Part shown: positions 25,780 through 39,589 of the stretch, piece after piece
Position numbering within the stretch: the stretch's first letter is position 1
How the letters are laid out: each line of letters opens with the position of its first letter
NCBI GenBank assembly: GCA_030141605.1
Contig: JAQGDQ010000185.1
Coordinates: 124,001 to 188,000, forward strand
DNA from: Tubiluchus corallicola
Taxonomy: Eukaryota; Animalia; Priapulida
DNA length: 64,000 nucleotides
Reading direction: 5' to 3'
The notes under the pieces: generated by a model
Seen by the model: only the letters and a program-made list of their open reading frames with translations
Databases searched by the model: none
Told to the model about the DNA's origin: nothing
Made by a program: the position numbers and the translations under genes

Positions 25780-26108
25780 GGTTGTTATTGTTATTGTTAT
25801 CGCCATAGCCGTTTGTGGTTTGCATCATCATCGTCATCATCATCACCATCATTGTTCCTATTATATCGTCATCTTCATCATCATCGACATCATCTTTGCC
25901 GTTATTCTTGTTATCCTAGTGGTTGTCGCTCTCATTACCGTTGCAATTACTGCAACTGGTGCCGTTGTCGTTGTCACCATTGTTGTCGTTGTCATTGTTG
26001 CTGTCGCTGTCACAATCATTATTGTTACCATTGTCGCTGTTGTTGTCGTTATTGTTGCTGTTGTCAATTTCGTTGTCGTTGTTGTCGTTGTCGTTGTCGT
26101 TGTTGTTC
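25780..26108. repeat. Cryptic trinucleotide low-complexity tract (CAT/GTT/GTC)
   Basis: Degenerate trinucleotide periodicity, giving spurious ORFs in five frames. Confidence 0.85.
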
Positions 26109-26212
26109 TTTCCTTTTAACATTTTAATAAAATTATACAAAACCATATGGTGCGGTTACAGCATTGTTTCAAATATTAATCAAAAGAATTTCAGTTTTTC
26201 TTCCTCTTGCTG

Positions 26213-26854
26213 TGGAGTCCCTAAAAGAGCATAAGAAAAAATTCTAGCTCATTCCCACGAGTTGCTAACTAATTCCCCTTAATTATTCACTCGTTCCACC
26301 TCGGTATTAACTCGTTCCCCCTACGTTATTAAGTCATTCCCCCAAGTTAATGATAATGTTGCCTACGCGCCATGTTGTTCCTGGAAATGCTTGTTCTTGA
26401 ATTACATTGTTCCAGTCAAGTATGTAAAGTCAGTTGCATTAGCAGCTTCTTATGTGGATAGGCGTTTTTTTTCGCGTTCCCGATGTTTGCTCTTCCATTG
26501 ATATAGATAAAAAGGGCAATATAATAATTTTAATAGCAATCAATTTAATGTTCATTCAGCCTGTCCACGTTTCCATGCATTTAGCGTACCTTATTAAATA
26601 GCAAGTGCATGTCAAAATCACTATTATGTAATCATGATAAAAGCAACTCCTCTTTGTTGTTTTCGAAAAAGCTTAAATACTGCATTGCTTTATACACAGT
26701 GACAAATTTCCAGGAATTAACATGGGGCATAGGCAACATTAACTCGGTGGAATTAGTTAATGACTGGGGAAACGACTTAGTAACTCGGGGAACGAGTTAG
26801 TGAGTCGGGGGGAGTAGCTAAAATATTTTTCTTATGTCCTTTTAGGGACTGCGT
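26213..26854. mobile_element. MITE with long imperfect TIRs and subterminal tandem repeats of about 21 bp
   Basis: Ends agtccctaaaagagcataagaaaaa and tttttcttatgtcctttagggact. Repeated actcgttccccc..gttatta units on the left are mirrored on the right. Inner arms aatgttgcctacgcgccatgttgttcctggaaat and atttccaggaattaacatggggcataggcaacatt. Confidence 0.8.
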
Positions 26855-27522
26855 ATATTGCACATGTTTGCCTAATTTATATTTTTGTACTGTACTGATA
26901 GTTCATGAATCATCCAGTCATAATTACAAAAATTAAACGACAGAGAACTCCGTCATTTAGTGAAACCCACATTCTAAAAAATACGTCTCTCACAACTCTA
27001 GCAGCTCCAACACGGAAACTATAATGCAAGTGGGTTGTAATGTTTACATATTTGACCGGGTTTTAGTCATTGAAAACCTTTTCTTGCCATTAAATCAAGG
27101 CACTAAAATACAATTTCTTCTGCTGCACGGTTCTTCTTTCGTCCTTCAAAGAAGGTTTTCTTCTGTATAACAACTCTCAGGGGTTAATATAATAATCGCT
27201 CGATAGATCGGTTAGACCTTGACTACAAGAACGAACTACCGTTTGTATATTTTCTTTACAAATGCGCCAGTAGGCGAGCAAAGTGAAGCTGATCTATCAG
27301 AGCCATTTGCCTCTGCTTTCTGCGAAAGCGCTCTGACTTTTCATGACTATGACTGCAGTTGAATGCGTCTTTTACGAGAGAATCACAGACGCTCGGTAGA
27401 AGGCATTTATATTAAGTGTATTTTTCTAATGACTCTTACTAGTACAAAAGATATCAGTGCAGCAGGAAAGTTAACTCTCTCTGTCTGATGCGACTAAAGT
27501 GATAAAAATGCTCCAATGCGAA

Positions 27523-27950
27523 ACGATACGATACGATACGATACGATACGATACGATACGATACGATACGATAGGATAGGATAGGATAGGATAGGATAGG
27601 ATAGGATAGGATAGGATAGGATAGGATAGGATACGATAGGATACGATACGATACGACACGATAGGATAGGATAGGATAGGATAGGATAGGATAGGATAGG
27701 ATAGGATAGGATAGGATAGGATAGGATAGGATAGGATAGGATAGGATAGGATACGATACGATACGATACGATACGATACGATACGATACGATACGATACG
27801 ATACGATACGATAGGATAGGATAGGATACGATAGGATACGACACGATACGATACGACACGATAGGATGCGATGCGATGCGATACGATACGATGCGATGCG
27901 ATGCGATACGACACAACACAACACTATATAATACAACACAATACAATACA
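27523..27950. repeat. Compound pentanucleotide satellite (ATACG/ATAGG/ATGCG/ACACG)
   Basis: Continuous 5-bp phase with switching unit variants. Confidence 0.97.
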
Positions 27951-28100
27951 AATGCTTATATTACAATTCATTCAAGAATAGTAACCCAATTTTAACTAAA
28001 CAACCTATTTTATTATGTGTTGTTATGTAATTAAATGCTAAATCTAGTATACAATTCGTTCCGAATTCTTTAGAGAATGTCAGAGAGAAAACCGTATCAG

Positions 28101-28170
<70 letters not shown>

Positions 28171-28171
<1 letters not shown>

Positions 28172-28352
28172 TCCGTATTTATGTAAGTTTGTGGGATTTG
28201 TTTGTATTGATGTTTTTTAGAATGTATTTTTTGTATTTATGTAACTTTTTGTGGTTTCTTTGTATTGGTTTGTATTTTAGAATGTTATATGTTGTAAATA
28301 TGTAAATTATAATATGAGCTTTAGGTTCGAAATAAAGAATTAAATGAAAATG

Positions 28353-28355
<3 letters not shown>
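28171..28355 (+). mobile_element. Element of about 185 bp embedded in (TC)n, copy 2
   Basis: T-rich body ending ggttcgaaataaagaattaaatgaaaatgaa followed by (TC)n; inverted twin of 24826-25010. Confidence 0.75.
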
Positions 28356-28417
<62 letters not shown>

Positions 28418-29407
28418 CTCTTTGTCTCTCCCTGTCTTTCTATCCATCTGTCTCTCTGTCTGTCTGTCTGTCTATTTATCTATCTACCTCTCTCCTCCTC
28501 TGGACGGAATTGTCTGCGGAAATAAATTTGTTATAGTTAACTGTTATAGCAGCAGCGGCATGACCAGGCCACACACTTAAACTCCATGCATACATGGAGA
28601 AAAATTATATCAGAAAAAACACTGATTGAACTTAGGAAGATAGTATAGCTGATCAACTTATCAAATATTTAATAGAAACCTTTTAGTCAACAAAATTAGC
28701 ATAGTCCACCAACAGCACGAATAAAATATTGACATTATTGTAATTACACCCCGCACTTCCACGTAACATTACTCCTAAATCTATATAAGCGTGCATAATT
28801 TGCACAAACATTGCATGTCCCTAACCTTCAACCGGAAATTAAATTTTCCTGCGAATTATTAAATAAACAAAATTTCGATCAGACAAGACTCCACGGTTGT
28901 TTTCATTTGCGTGAAAATATTCCAACTGCAGTGCTTTTGTAAATATTATTATTATTGCAAGCTGCATGGTGGTCAGGACAAAAGCCGGATTGATCATGAA
29001 ATTGCCAAATTGTGAAATGACTGAACGATTCAAGATGCTGTTGTCAAAAAAAACGACACTAAAAATTTTGAAGGAAATTTTTGTTGTAATTTCTTACATC
29101 TTTAGTTTCATAGGCACGCCTTTTCCAGGACCCAAATTAAATTTCGAACCATACAGTTGAAATTAAAGCGTGATTCAACTTAACTTAACTCTCAATGTTG
29201 CTTTTTGCCACTTTTCTATCCAAGTAGAAGCAAGTTTGTTGCTGTTTGTTGCTTCTTTTGCTTTTTCTGTTCAAACGACACGTACTTTAGCTAAACTGTT
29301 ACGCATTTACTGTGAGCAACCTCACCGGTGAACTACCAATTTTATATAGAATCTTGAAAATTTGGCAAGTCTAAATGCAAACATTTGTGTCTCAAATCTG
29401 AAATAGA

Positions 29408-29449
<42 letters not shown>

Positions 29450-32400
29450 AGCAGCAGCAGCAGCAACAGCAGCAATAACACTAATAACAACAACAACAAC
29501 TACAACCAGAATAACAGCAACAGCAGCAGCGACACAACAACAGCAACAGCAACAACAACAAACAATAATAACAACAAACAACAAAAAATAATTAGGTTTC
29601 CGACCTGCGTTAAGAACTGAATTTCATAAAAAAAGAACATCAACAGCTGCTTGTTTAACGGAAAACAGGATGATTTTTCATATCCTGCTTTATTTTGAAA
29701 TATGGTAAAAAGTTATCATTTTAACACTTTTTAAAAGGCGGCCAGCGAGCGCAGCAAGCGATGACGTCAGAATTGAACATAATTTTTACCAACAGAAGCA
29801 TTCCTTGAACACGTGTTTGCGAAACCGAAAAGTGACTGTTGATTATTGCAACTTTGACTGTGATTCATAAAAACTGGGTAAATTCATGTTAGAAATTTAA
29901 ATTCCAAGCTTTACACTGCAAAGAGCCTGCTTTTTGTACAAATGTAGTTCTGAGATGCATCCTCTATGTCCATATAACTAGCGAATGGCGAATGCATGTA
30001 ATAGGGCGCGTACGTGAAATTAAACTTTAGGTAATAATTATTTCACTTAATACACTTATTATGAAAATCTATTATATTCTCCCTTAATATTTTTCACAAT
30101 AAATTAGCTGTATTTTAAAATTGCGTTGTCGGAAACATCTTTCCGATTGGACAATTATTGTATATTATTCTACTTAAAGCTAGTTAAGAAGTATTCCATG
30201 TATAGTGGGAATGTAAACTTCTGTAGCTTAATTGTAATTAATAACGTTAAAGCCAAGTGAACAACACTACTGTTATCGCCTCATTAACTACGAAATTATT
30301 TAAATGCATGTGGTAGTATAAGAGTGTAAGCATAAGAGCGTAAACAGGAAGTAGATCCTGAGGGAAAAACCTCTATGCGCGTGAAATGGTTGAAACATGT
30401 CTTTCCCCATGTTATAACAATTTCTAACCATTTTTAGAGAGTACTTATGTAATACGAAACTGTGTACAGATAAATAGAGAGATTAGTTGTGACATTTATG
30501 ACTGTAACTCAATATGCCATCTAACACATTTATTATTATATTACAACGTGTCGTCTAACATTGTACAATTGTTGTAAATAAGTAATTGCATTATGATGTT
30601 TTAATAATTCGTTCTTTGCTTATGTTTATCTCTACCTAGGAACCACAATGAAGATCGACAAAATACTAATAATATGTGAACTTCTTTTAGATGCAAAAAT
30701 CCTTCAATCTAATGGCTTAAAAACTCCCTCACGTTAACAGCAATAAAAAATAACCAGAATTTCTATAAGATCATGACATGGTGCCAAAAAGCGCTGTGCC
30801 GATTTCAAATTCGCGACATGCGTTCTGTTCTCCTTTAAAATTGAGACCTGGAGGTAGAAAGAACATTGGGACAGTCAGCTGATTCATCTCTTTCTTTTTC
30901 GTCTCTTTTTCGGTTTCCCGAAATCAGCCTTGAGAATAAATTAAATATTTTGCGATAAGGTCAACTATAAGGCATAACTACGGTTTTGCTGATTTCTATG
31001 TCCTGGTCATGCACACGCATATAGGGTCTACTATCATCGCGTGGCTAATTAGCTGTCTGCTAAGGTGGTGGTAGGATTTTTCTGTTTTGCTTTCGAGTTA
31101 AATATACCTCTTTTTTCAATCTGATTCGGCAGCTTTAAACCAAGAAGGCTGTTGATGAATCATCAGTCATGTTTACAATAATTAAAAATTTTGTGATGTT
31201 AGTCGGCAACCGCTTTCATCTCTGGCTGCCTGTATCATAAAATAAACTATGCAAAATTAGGGAAAGTATCATTGCAAACACCTATCCTGAGGCGGAAATA
31301 ACTTAAATTAATAAAATCGTTACCAACTTGTATTTGATTTGTGAATAACAAAATTAATAAAAAAGTGTGCGATCTGAGACAAAAGGTGCTTTCGCATTTA
31401 AAGGAGAAGAACAAGTCAATTAGCATGTTGGATTTATTTTACTGCTATCACTTAAGCGTAGAAAAATATAAAGAAATTTGCAAAGAACTGTCTACAACGC
31501 AAAAAACTAATTTATCCTGCAGCGTACAGAAAATTTCATGCCTTGTGGCAGCCGCCATTCACTTGAAAATTATGACGTAACTGACATTTCTTCTCACTTT
31601 GCTTTAGTTGTTTTTTTTCAATGAACGACGTCATTGGTGGAAGAATGGGCAATCATATGGGGGGGCGAAGCTTGAAATGATCACGATTTCAAAGTGATTT
31701 CACTAATTACACGAGGCGCTTATCGTACTTCTATTACTAAATCCTCCTAACATTTTCTTGAACACTGAAATAAACTAACTTCCTAGAAGGCTTGGCTTGT
31801 CTTTTCCTTTAACATCATGTAGGCCACGAAATGAATTTTGGAGTATCCATAGAATAACCAGATCAGACAAGCTTGTTATTTAGATTAGACTACACTTGAA
31901 TGGAGCCGCGATTTTGCTAGATTTTTTTACTTCTGTACAAGTCAGTAATATTAGTGGGTTGCTCAAGCTCATTTCATCTAGAAGATTTTCCATATTGGAT
32001 TTGCAGCAACGAAATCAACTACTCATTTCGCATTAGATTTGCGGTAACCTCATGTTTTATAACCTCATGTGTTCACGTTACCGGGAAATTTGTATATGCT
32101 AGATATAGCGCAGCCATAAAGGAACCTCAACTGACTGGCCGAATGCATCTTTAAAGTATACTTTGGGTTAAACCTGCTTGAAACAGTGCTTAGCTGAAAT
32201 GTTTAGCTCGAGACATATTCAAAACAAAAGAAATGTACATAATTAAGTATGCTAATACAGAATAGTTTTATTTAAACTGTTAGACTGGTTATAGTTTGCT
32301 GTATATAATCGACCTTTTTAATTTAACATAATTACGTCCAGAAAATTGATTAATAAATCAGTCTGTCGGTCAGTTAGTTACTCATTACATTAGGCTGTGG

Positions 32401-34039
32401 ATGCTCACCATCGCCAATCAATGATTGTAGCACATACAATAAGTGTTTTCTGTAGCGCAAAAAGCCTTTCTAGAACTTTACTGTCAGCTGTATAGCACGG
32501 CGTTCTTCGCCTTTATGTTTCGCCAGATTAAGCATCTATGTGAGCAAAGATTTCGCCCTAATTGCGTTCATTATCGTGTAACAGCTCGAATACGTCACTG
32601 CAATTACTTTCATAATTCATGAAAACTTACAGTAACTGTCAAAAATAGATTTAATATGCATGTGGCCATGATTTATTTTACTATTTTCTCTTGTAGCCCG
32701 CATCATTTCCCCAAATATATTAGACATTTATGATCCAGGAATTCATTTTTAACAAAACTTGTCACTGTGCAAAAAATTTATGACAGTTACTTGAGATTTA
32801 TTGTTAAATAACCTCTCATAGTGCCTTTGTACTCCTTAGCGGGGGGGTTTTCTGCGGATAATAACTTGGTTGAATTGATATGGCTTTGCAAGTGCTTTTT
32901 CGGAAATTTCCTCGAAATTTTAAATTGATAACTGACGTCATATGTAAGGATTGAGAAACCAAACCATAATTTAACATAAGAAGCCAACATTCTGTAAATT
33001 GGAAGCACTAATGTGATTGGATCCGGCATGTCTTACTTGCTCATTTCTACAGTTAATGGTGTCCATAAGAAAATCACTGGAAGCGTTCACAGTTGTTAAG
33101 GACTTTAAGAAACAAAATTGTTAGGCAGATTAAAACAAAACAATGTTCGGGGCAGATCCATCTAACAAGCGTAGGCCTATTTGAGAGCTGTACGCATTGG
33201 GAAAGTGAAAATCCGGCTCCGCCCTTATGCCAGTGGTCTGTAGTACCTTCATGCAAAATTTCAGTTCCTACGATGAAAACTGTGACATGTGATAGCTTTC
33301 AAAGATACATGTGATAACAACAATACAACCTCAACAACATTACCAACGTTTAATAGCCCTGCACTTTGTGCTTATCCATTAGCGATGTAAAACCAAAAAG
33401 CACAAAATGCCCCATTCTGCCCTACTAATTGTTATTTGCCAGTAACGCAGTAATGACGTCGCCAGTTTACAGCCAACTTCTTGGAAACAAAAGTTAAAAC
33501 CATCATTGATTAACTGCCAACTCAATTTTACTCGTTTTGTTTTCGCGTTTAACAACCGATAAAAATTGCTGCCAGCGACTATGCAAGCCAGCGACATGCC
33601 CTCGCATAAAATTAATGGAAAATCATGGGTAAATTAATAGAATCCCACTTTCATACTTCCATTATGGTTATAACAACACGAATGTAGCTGAAATCACTGT
33701 TGTTGTGTTTCTACAGTAAGCTTCGATTTTCTTAACGTATTTTGAACAATAAACAGTAGCGTCAGCAGCAGCAACACCAGGAGCAGCAGCAACAGCAAAA
33801 ACAGCAGCAGCAGCAGCAGTAGTAGCAGCAACCACAACAAGAAAAATAATAACTACAACAACAACAATTTAACAATGTTTCTGACGTGGTCAGAAACTGA
33901 AGATTTTGCAACAATAGTTATAAAATTGGGTCTGAAAAATGAAGAGATGACAGTTTTCTTGAAAGTGCTTATTTTCTTTTATTGAATTGATCTTGCTTGA
34001 TGGGACGTGCATTTCACAGTGAAACCTCAGCATTTAACT

Positions 34040-34945
34040 GTTCAGCCCATCACCCAAGGGTCAAATGTCAGCCAATGTTAGCATAACTTATATCATTCAG
34101 TTAATCTCATCAAGACCTTTCATTTGATTTGCTACATGGTACTATTCATAGACACTTGATGCATTTCTGTTCCCGACACCCATTTTTCGGTTTTTGCCAT
34201 CTATTGGGGTCAGAGATCAATCAGTTTCCACATAACTTACACCATTCAGTTTGCCTCAACGAGACCTTTCGTTTGATATGTTGCAAGCTAGTTTCAGTTG
34301 ACACTGGAAGGCCTTTGTCTCCTCAACCTTTATTTTGCCTCCTAGCAGGGTCGCGGGTTAGCTATTCTCATTGTAACCTAGCGGAAAATTTTGCCATACG
34401 CGCACGTCCCATATTTTGTTTTGTGCAAGGCCACGACAACACCTAGCAACATGCCAAATATTGTGGCCCTAGCTAAAAAACTATGGGAGTAGATGGATTA
34501 TAAAGAAAAATAAATGAAGACCCGCCCGCTCCGTGACCTACCCGGCAACTCCGGTCGCATATATACATAGATAACTTTGCCCAGAGAGTGTACTCTGTGA
34601 GTTTTGAGCCCTAGCTCTCAGCATGTAAAAGGTCACCAATTGGGGGACTCCAAATTTTGCATTTTGGCCCTTCCCACGGCGTTTAAAACTTGCCAGCTTT
34701 TTAAAACCCCAGGTGACATCTACTCCACAGTGCCCAAATACATGTGAAAAAAAATTTGCAAAAAACCGAAAGCCCTAGGAGGAGATGCGACCTAAAAGAA
34801 AAACTGACCGATGCCTACTGCCCTTTCCACGTTGACCAATGGTCACTGGTTGCCACATTATTGTACGTCCCCCGCCAGGGCTACCAACCCTGTCAGTTTG
34901 GTGCCCCTACTTTGCAAGCCTTACGAGTTACTAAGCGTTAAAGTG
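34040..34945. mobile_element. Probable non-autonomous Helentron/Helitron-associated element with degenerate internal core repeats
   Basis: GC-richer island with recurring cores: atgccaaatattgtggccctagct, gtgagttttgagccctagctct, gtgcccaaatacatgtgaaa, ctgtcagtttggtgcccctactttg. Family assigned by resemblance only. Confidence 0.4.
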
Positions 34946-36610
34946 GCGGAGAATAAATAAATAAATAACAACAACAACAGCAGCAGCGGTGGCGGCGGCA
35001 GCAGCAACAACAGCAAAAACAACAACAACAACAACAGACAACAGCAGCAGCACAACAACAACAACAAATAACCAAAAATTGTAAAGACGGATCTTCTGCG
35101 GTTTTGTCCATCACTTTTTCTAACCTTGGCTTCACTATGACACGTGTACGCCATTAGGAAGATAAAGTTATGCCCGAGGCAAGTCTTAAGTCTATGAGAA
35201 GCACGTGTGGAGGTGAGTCATTAGGGCGCATTTGCGTGTAGCCTATAACCTCAAGCCGCAGAAACTCGAACTAGAATAAATCAGAGCAGTTTGCAGTTTG
35301 TAACAAATTTTGTTAACTGGTTAAATTGTGTGCATAAACGATATTATATGTTAATATGTATTAATTATACTATAAAATAAATTATATTAATGTTAATTGT
35401 TTTATTTCTTTTTTACTTAGGACATAAAGTGTCTAGACTTTTTTGTGTATTAAAGTGTAGCACTGGTAGGGTCAATTTGCTGACTTACCCCACAAAAAAT
35501 TGCAAGAAACGCTTTTTCGTGTTTTCCTATAATATTTGGCCCAGAGAATAACATTTCCAAAATAGGCCGTAACTTAAGCACTGCAAAGGATCAGATTATG
35601 ACGTCAAAAAAGACAGTCGCCATTTGTGGACGAAAGTGAATGGTTATCTAGTCTAACGGAATGACGAAAACATGCTTATTTTAACTCAAAGGCATGAAAC
35701 TTTCGATGGAGATCAGTTGGGCTATTTTTTCATTATAATGACTCTACTACACATCTAGTGAAATTTTCTGATTGCTTTCTGTTTATCAAAATCAAACATA
35801 ACAACCAGTTTTACTTTTATTTTATCTGATTTCCTTGATTTCGTGCTGAAACCGAATCAATTCCAACTTGATTACAATGGAGAAATCCCTAGATTATGAT
35901 CACAAGCAACTGCTAATGAAAACGGGATTTATGAGTTCATCGCTAGTCGCTGGTAGGACTTAGCCGCGAAAATACGAAAATGTAGCTCATATTTTATGTA
36001 AGCTACCAGAAGGTTCATTAAGAAGTTGCATAGATAATGTGTTTGAAATAAAAGAAAGTTAGTTAAAAAACCACAAGCGGCTATTTGGTTTCTTGGTCAG
36101 TTTGGTTAAGGACATCATTAGCAAATTCGTTATATAAATTCAATTACTTCACCTTCTTACTGTAGAGCTTTCCTTCAGTGGCCGGTAGCCTTGTTTAAGG
36201 AAATTCGCACAAAAAAGTAATATAAAGATCCCTAGTAAATCAAAGCCAGTTGTTCCACATTATCTTTCTTTGGGCTGACTTGGGTTCTAACATTTAATAA
36301 ATAAGGCATTCAGCTTCTCTGAGTCTCACACCAAAAATTTCGGGATAATTTTAACGTTTTATTTCTTTAGAAAATAATTACTTCTGGTGTGCTAATAAAA
36401 ACTTAGAATGCTGCTTGCCGTTTGTCTATTTTATTGACTTTTACAACTATAAGCTTGTTCATAATTACGCCTTAAGTCTTTGAAAATGACGCAAAAACAA
36501 GCCAACTAATTAGATATATAAATTATTAATTAGGTACCCATTCTTTCGGGAATGGTAACTAATTGCTTACGCAATCGCATAACTAATCAAGCCTGTGCTT
36601 GCGTGAATTT

Positions 36611-36689
36611 AATTAGCAACCATACACGTGTGAGAGCAAAGAACTCGGAATTAATTAGAAGCCATACAAGTGTGAGAGCAAAGAACTCG
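36611..36689 (+). repeat. Direct tandem duplication of about 43 bp
   Basis: aattagcaaccatacacgtgtgagagcaaagaactcg and aattagaagccatacaagtgtgagagcaaagaactcg. Confidence 0.85.
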
Positions 36690-37383
36690 CCCATTGATCC
36701 GATGTTATGAAAACAGGATGTGAAAAATGAATGATGCTAATCTCTCTAGCAGCCAAAGACGTTTAAAATCCATTGAGCTGCAGCTGCTCTTGTGATATAC
36801 AGGAGGCGATATTCAAACAGTAAAAGGTTCGGAAAAACACACGCTAACGAGTCGGTTATTTTAGACATTAGCTATCTTTAGCCTTAGCTAATGGCTGAAG
36901 TGCCGATACAGCTGATATTGGTGGCGATAAACTGTTAGCAAGTTTCAACAAAGCTTATAGTTTTACATAATTCGAGCTTCCGGATTTCAACCGGAACCGG
37001 GACACACATGCGGTGTGGAGAAAACTGTCAGTCAAGTTAATCACAGTAGTTAGAGGTCTCTACAATTATGCTAAAATTGATGTATCATGGGCATGTTTTG
37101 ACTTGTGGTAAGCGTTAAACATGTGCCAGATGTATGACTTTACTCTACAAACAAAGTATTAATTTTTGGACTTCCATCCTCAAATAAGCCCGAATGGTAG
37201 GCCTACACACTACGTTCCATGTATAATTTCCACTACCGCGTATAGTATAGTACTATGTCATCTTTTTCTTTTATTGTTTTATTTTAATTATATGAAATTA
37301 TGGTCTCTTATGGCTCAGGGTTGAGCACCTATTTGCTACAGTTGTGTACTTGAATGTTTTAAGATAAAACGAAAATGAATTTT

Positions 37384-37786
<403 letters not shown>

Positions 37787-39428
37787 AATTATAAAATATT
37801 ATCAGGTTACAAACTGCTTAATTGATGCTTAAAAATCTGTCAATCTTTAACGATGCGTATGATAAGGCTTACTTGATTTTTTTTACTCTTCTCTGAAAAA
37901 GTGTCACTTTGTGCAGTTATACCAAAGTGCGAGAGCTACTTATTAAAAACAACTAATAACGAAAACTTGATTATTTTCTGTCTGATTCCGCACTGAATTT
38001 CATCAGTAATCTTCAAGACATAACCAAAAGCTGATTATGTCCATTGTTAATAAACGAATGGAAGAATGGGTACTGGAACGCCAAATAAACCACATCTGCG
38101 GAGAGAGCTTCATTTCTTTGATACATGAACATATAATATTTGTAAACACACTTCACATGGGTCTTTCATTAAAGTCACATTAAACCCTCACTATAATATA
38201 AGCTTTTACAACTTAAAATCCTACTCTCATTAGGAATATTCAATTTATCTTTTCATAAACTTACTGTAAAACTTATTTTTTTTATCACTTCGATGTAAAC
38301 GGTGTGAAATTTTGAGAACCGTCATTTTTCGTTGCGTGAGACGAATGATGTAATGAGTACAGCCACGAGATCACCAAAGATCGGTAAACAAACATTGGTA
38401 ACCAAAGACGCTTTCTGTAATACATAAGTCATTCTCGTTCACACGCGCCAAAGACATGGCGATCTGGACGGCAATGCGCGTGTTCGAAAGTCCCCAGAAA
38501 AAGGTAAGTTATTTATCAGTTTAATTTATCAGTCTCTCTTGTTAGTAACAACAATGAATAACTAGTTTAGTTTGCTGACGAACAACACAACACAAAACAG
38601 TATACAATACAGTGTACATAAAAAAATCACACAACACACAAAGCATCCCAACACTTGAATGAACTATCCCTAACTATGAATTCTTTGTGTAATTCATAAT
38701 AATGCGTTAAAAAACTTCAATGCCTGTGGGAGTTTTATAAGCCTTTAACATTACTACAAAGTAATTCAAGCTACTTATTTTTGATAATAAAATCTCTCCC
38801 ACATTTGCAAGTCCAAATTTAAAACAGTGCAAAATTATTATATACCGATATACAATTTTACTAGTACAAACTCATACTTTTCACAAAACGACGTAATAGC
38901 TTAAAGTGTCACCTATATTGCTGGAAAACTTTTAAAAGGAATTCGCTTAGTTTCAAAGCAAAACAAGCACAGGCTCCTGAGCAGTTTTAACTTTCACAAT
39001 AATGACGAAAAACCAGAGACATTTATATTAACACTAAGAAACATGAAGCGATAATAATATTTATTTGCTCACTTTAAGTGTATGAAAACAAACAGCTTGA
39101 AAAACGAAAAGCATAAACGACTTTCAGGCATTTGGCTTCAATAACGTAAGTTATGTTTTCTCCTGGTTTTGTATTGCTACAAAATTGGTAAAAACCAAGC
39201 TTATGTGAACGTAACATTACATAAGTGTTGTGTGAAAACTAGGAAGAGTTACAAATACTGAAAACGTGAGCACATTCTAGTTCAAACGGTTGCTGGCGTA
39301 ATTTTACTTTTATCTTGTCTGCACATGGTTTTTGGAAGTATTTTCAAACATTGTTTTGTTTCCTGTGTTTAGGGTACCAGACATGCTTAGAAAAGATTCA
39401 TACATGTATAACGGTTTATTGTGGAAGG

Positions 39429-39589
39429 AGTTTACAATTCCCCACACAATTTAAATACCCTAATCCTAACCCTAACCGTTACTTTAGTCGTAACCCTAAC
39501 TCTAACCCAAACTCTAAACCTAACCCTAATCCTAATCCGCTTCACAAACTAATTTCTTGTGTGTGGGGAGTTGTGGGGAATTGTAAACT
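39429..39589. mobile_element. MITE with 17-bp TIRs enclosing degenerate (TAACCC)n
   Basis: agtttacaattccccac ... gtggggaattgtaaact, with internal ccctaatcctaaccctaacc / aaccctaactctaacccaaactctaaacctaaccctaatcctaatcc. Confidence 0.75.

Noticed and set aside
27454-27951. Repetitive SYRIV/SYPIL proteins
   Set aside because: Pentanucleotide satellite giving the same peptide in three frames.
32540-32560. miR-87-like seed GTGAGCAAAG
   Set aside because: The match stops after 10 nt and there is no precursor hairpin; I recognised no conserved miRNA anywhere in the window by eye.
39455-39540. Telomere or chromosome-fusion remnant
   Set aside because: Short, degenerate and enclosed by TIRs; better explained as part of a MITE.
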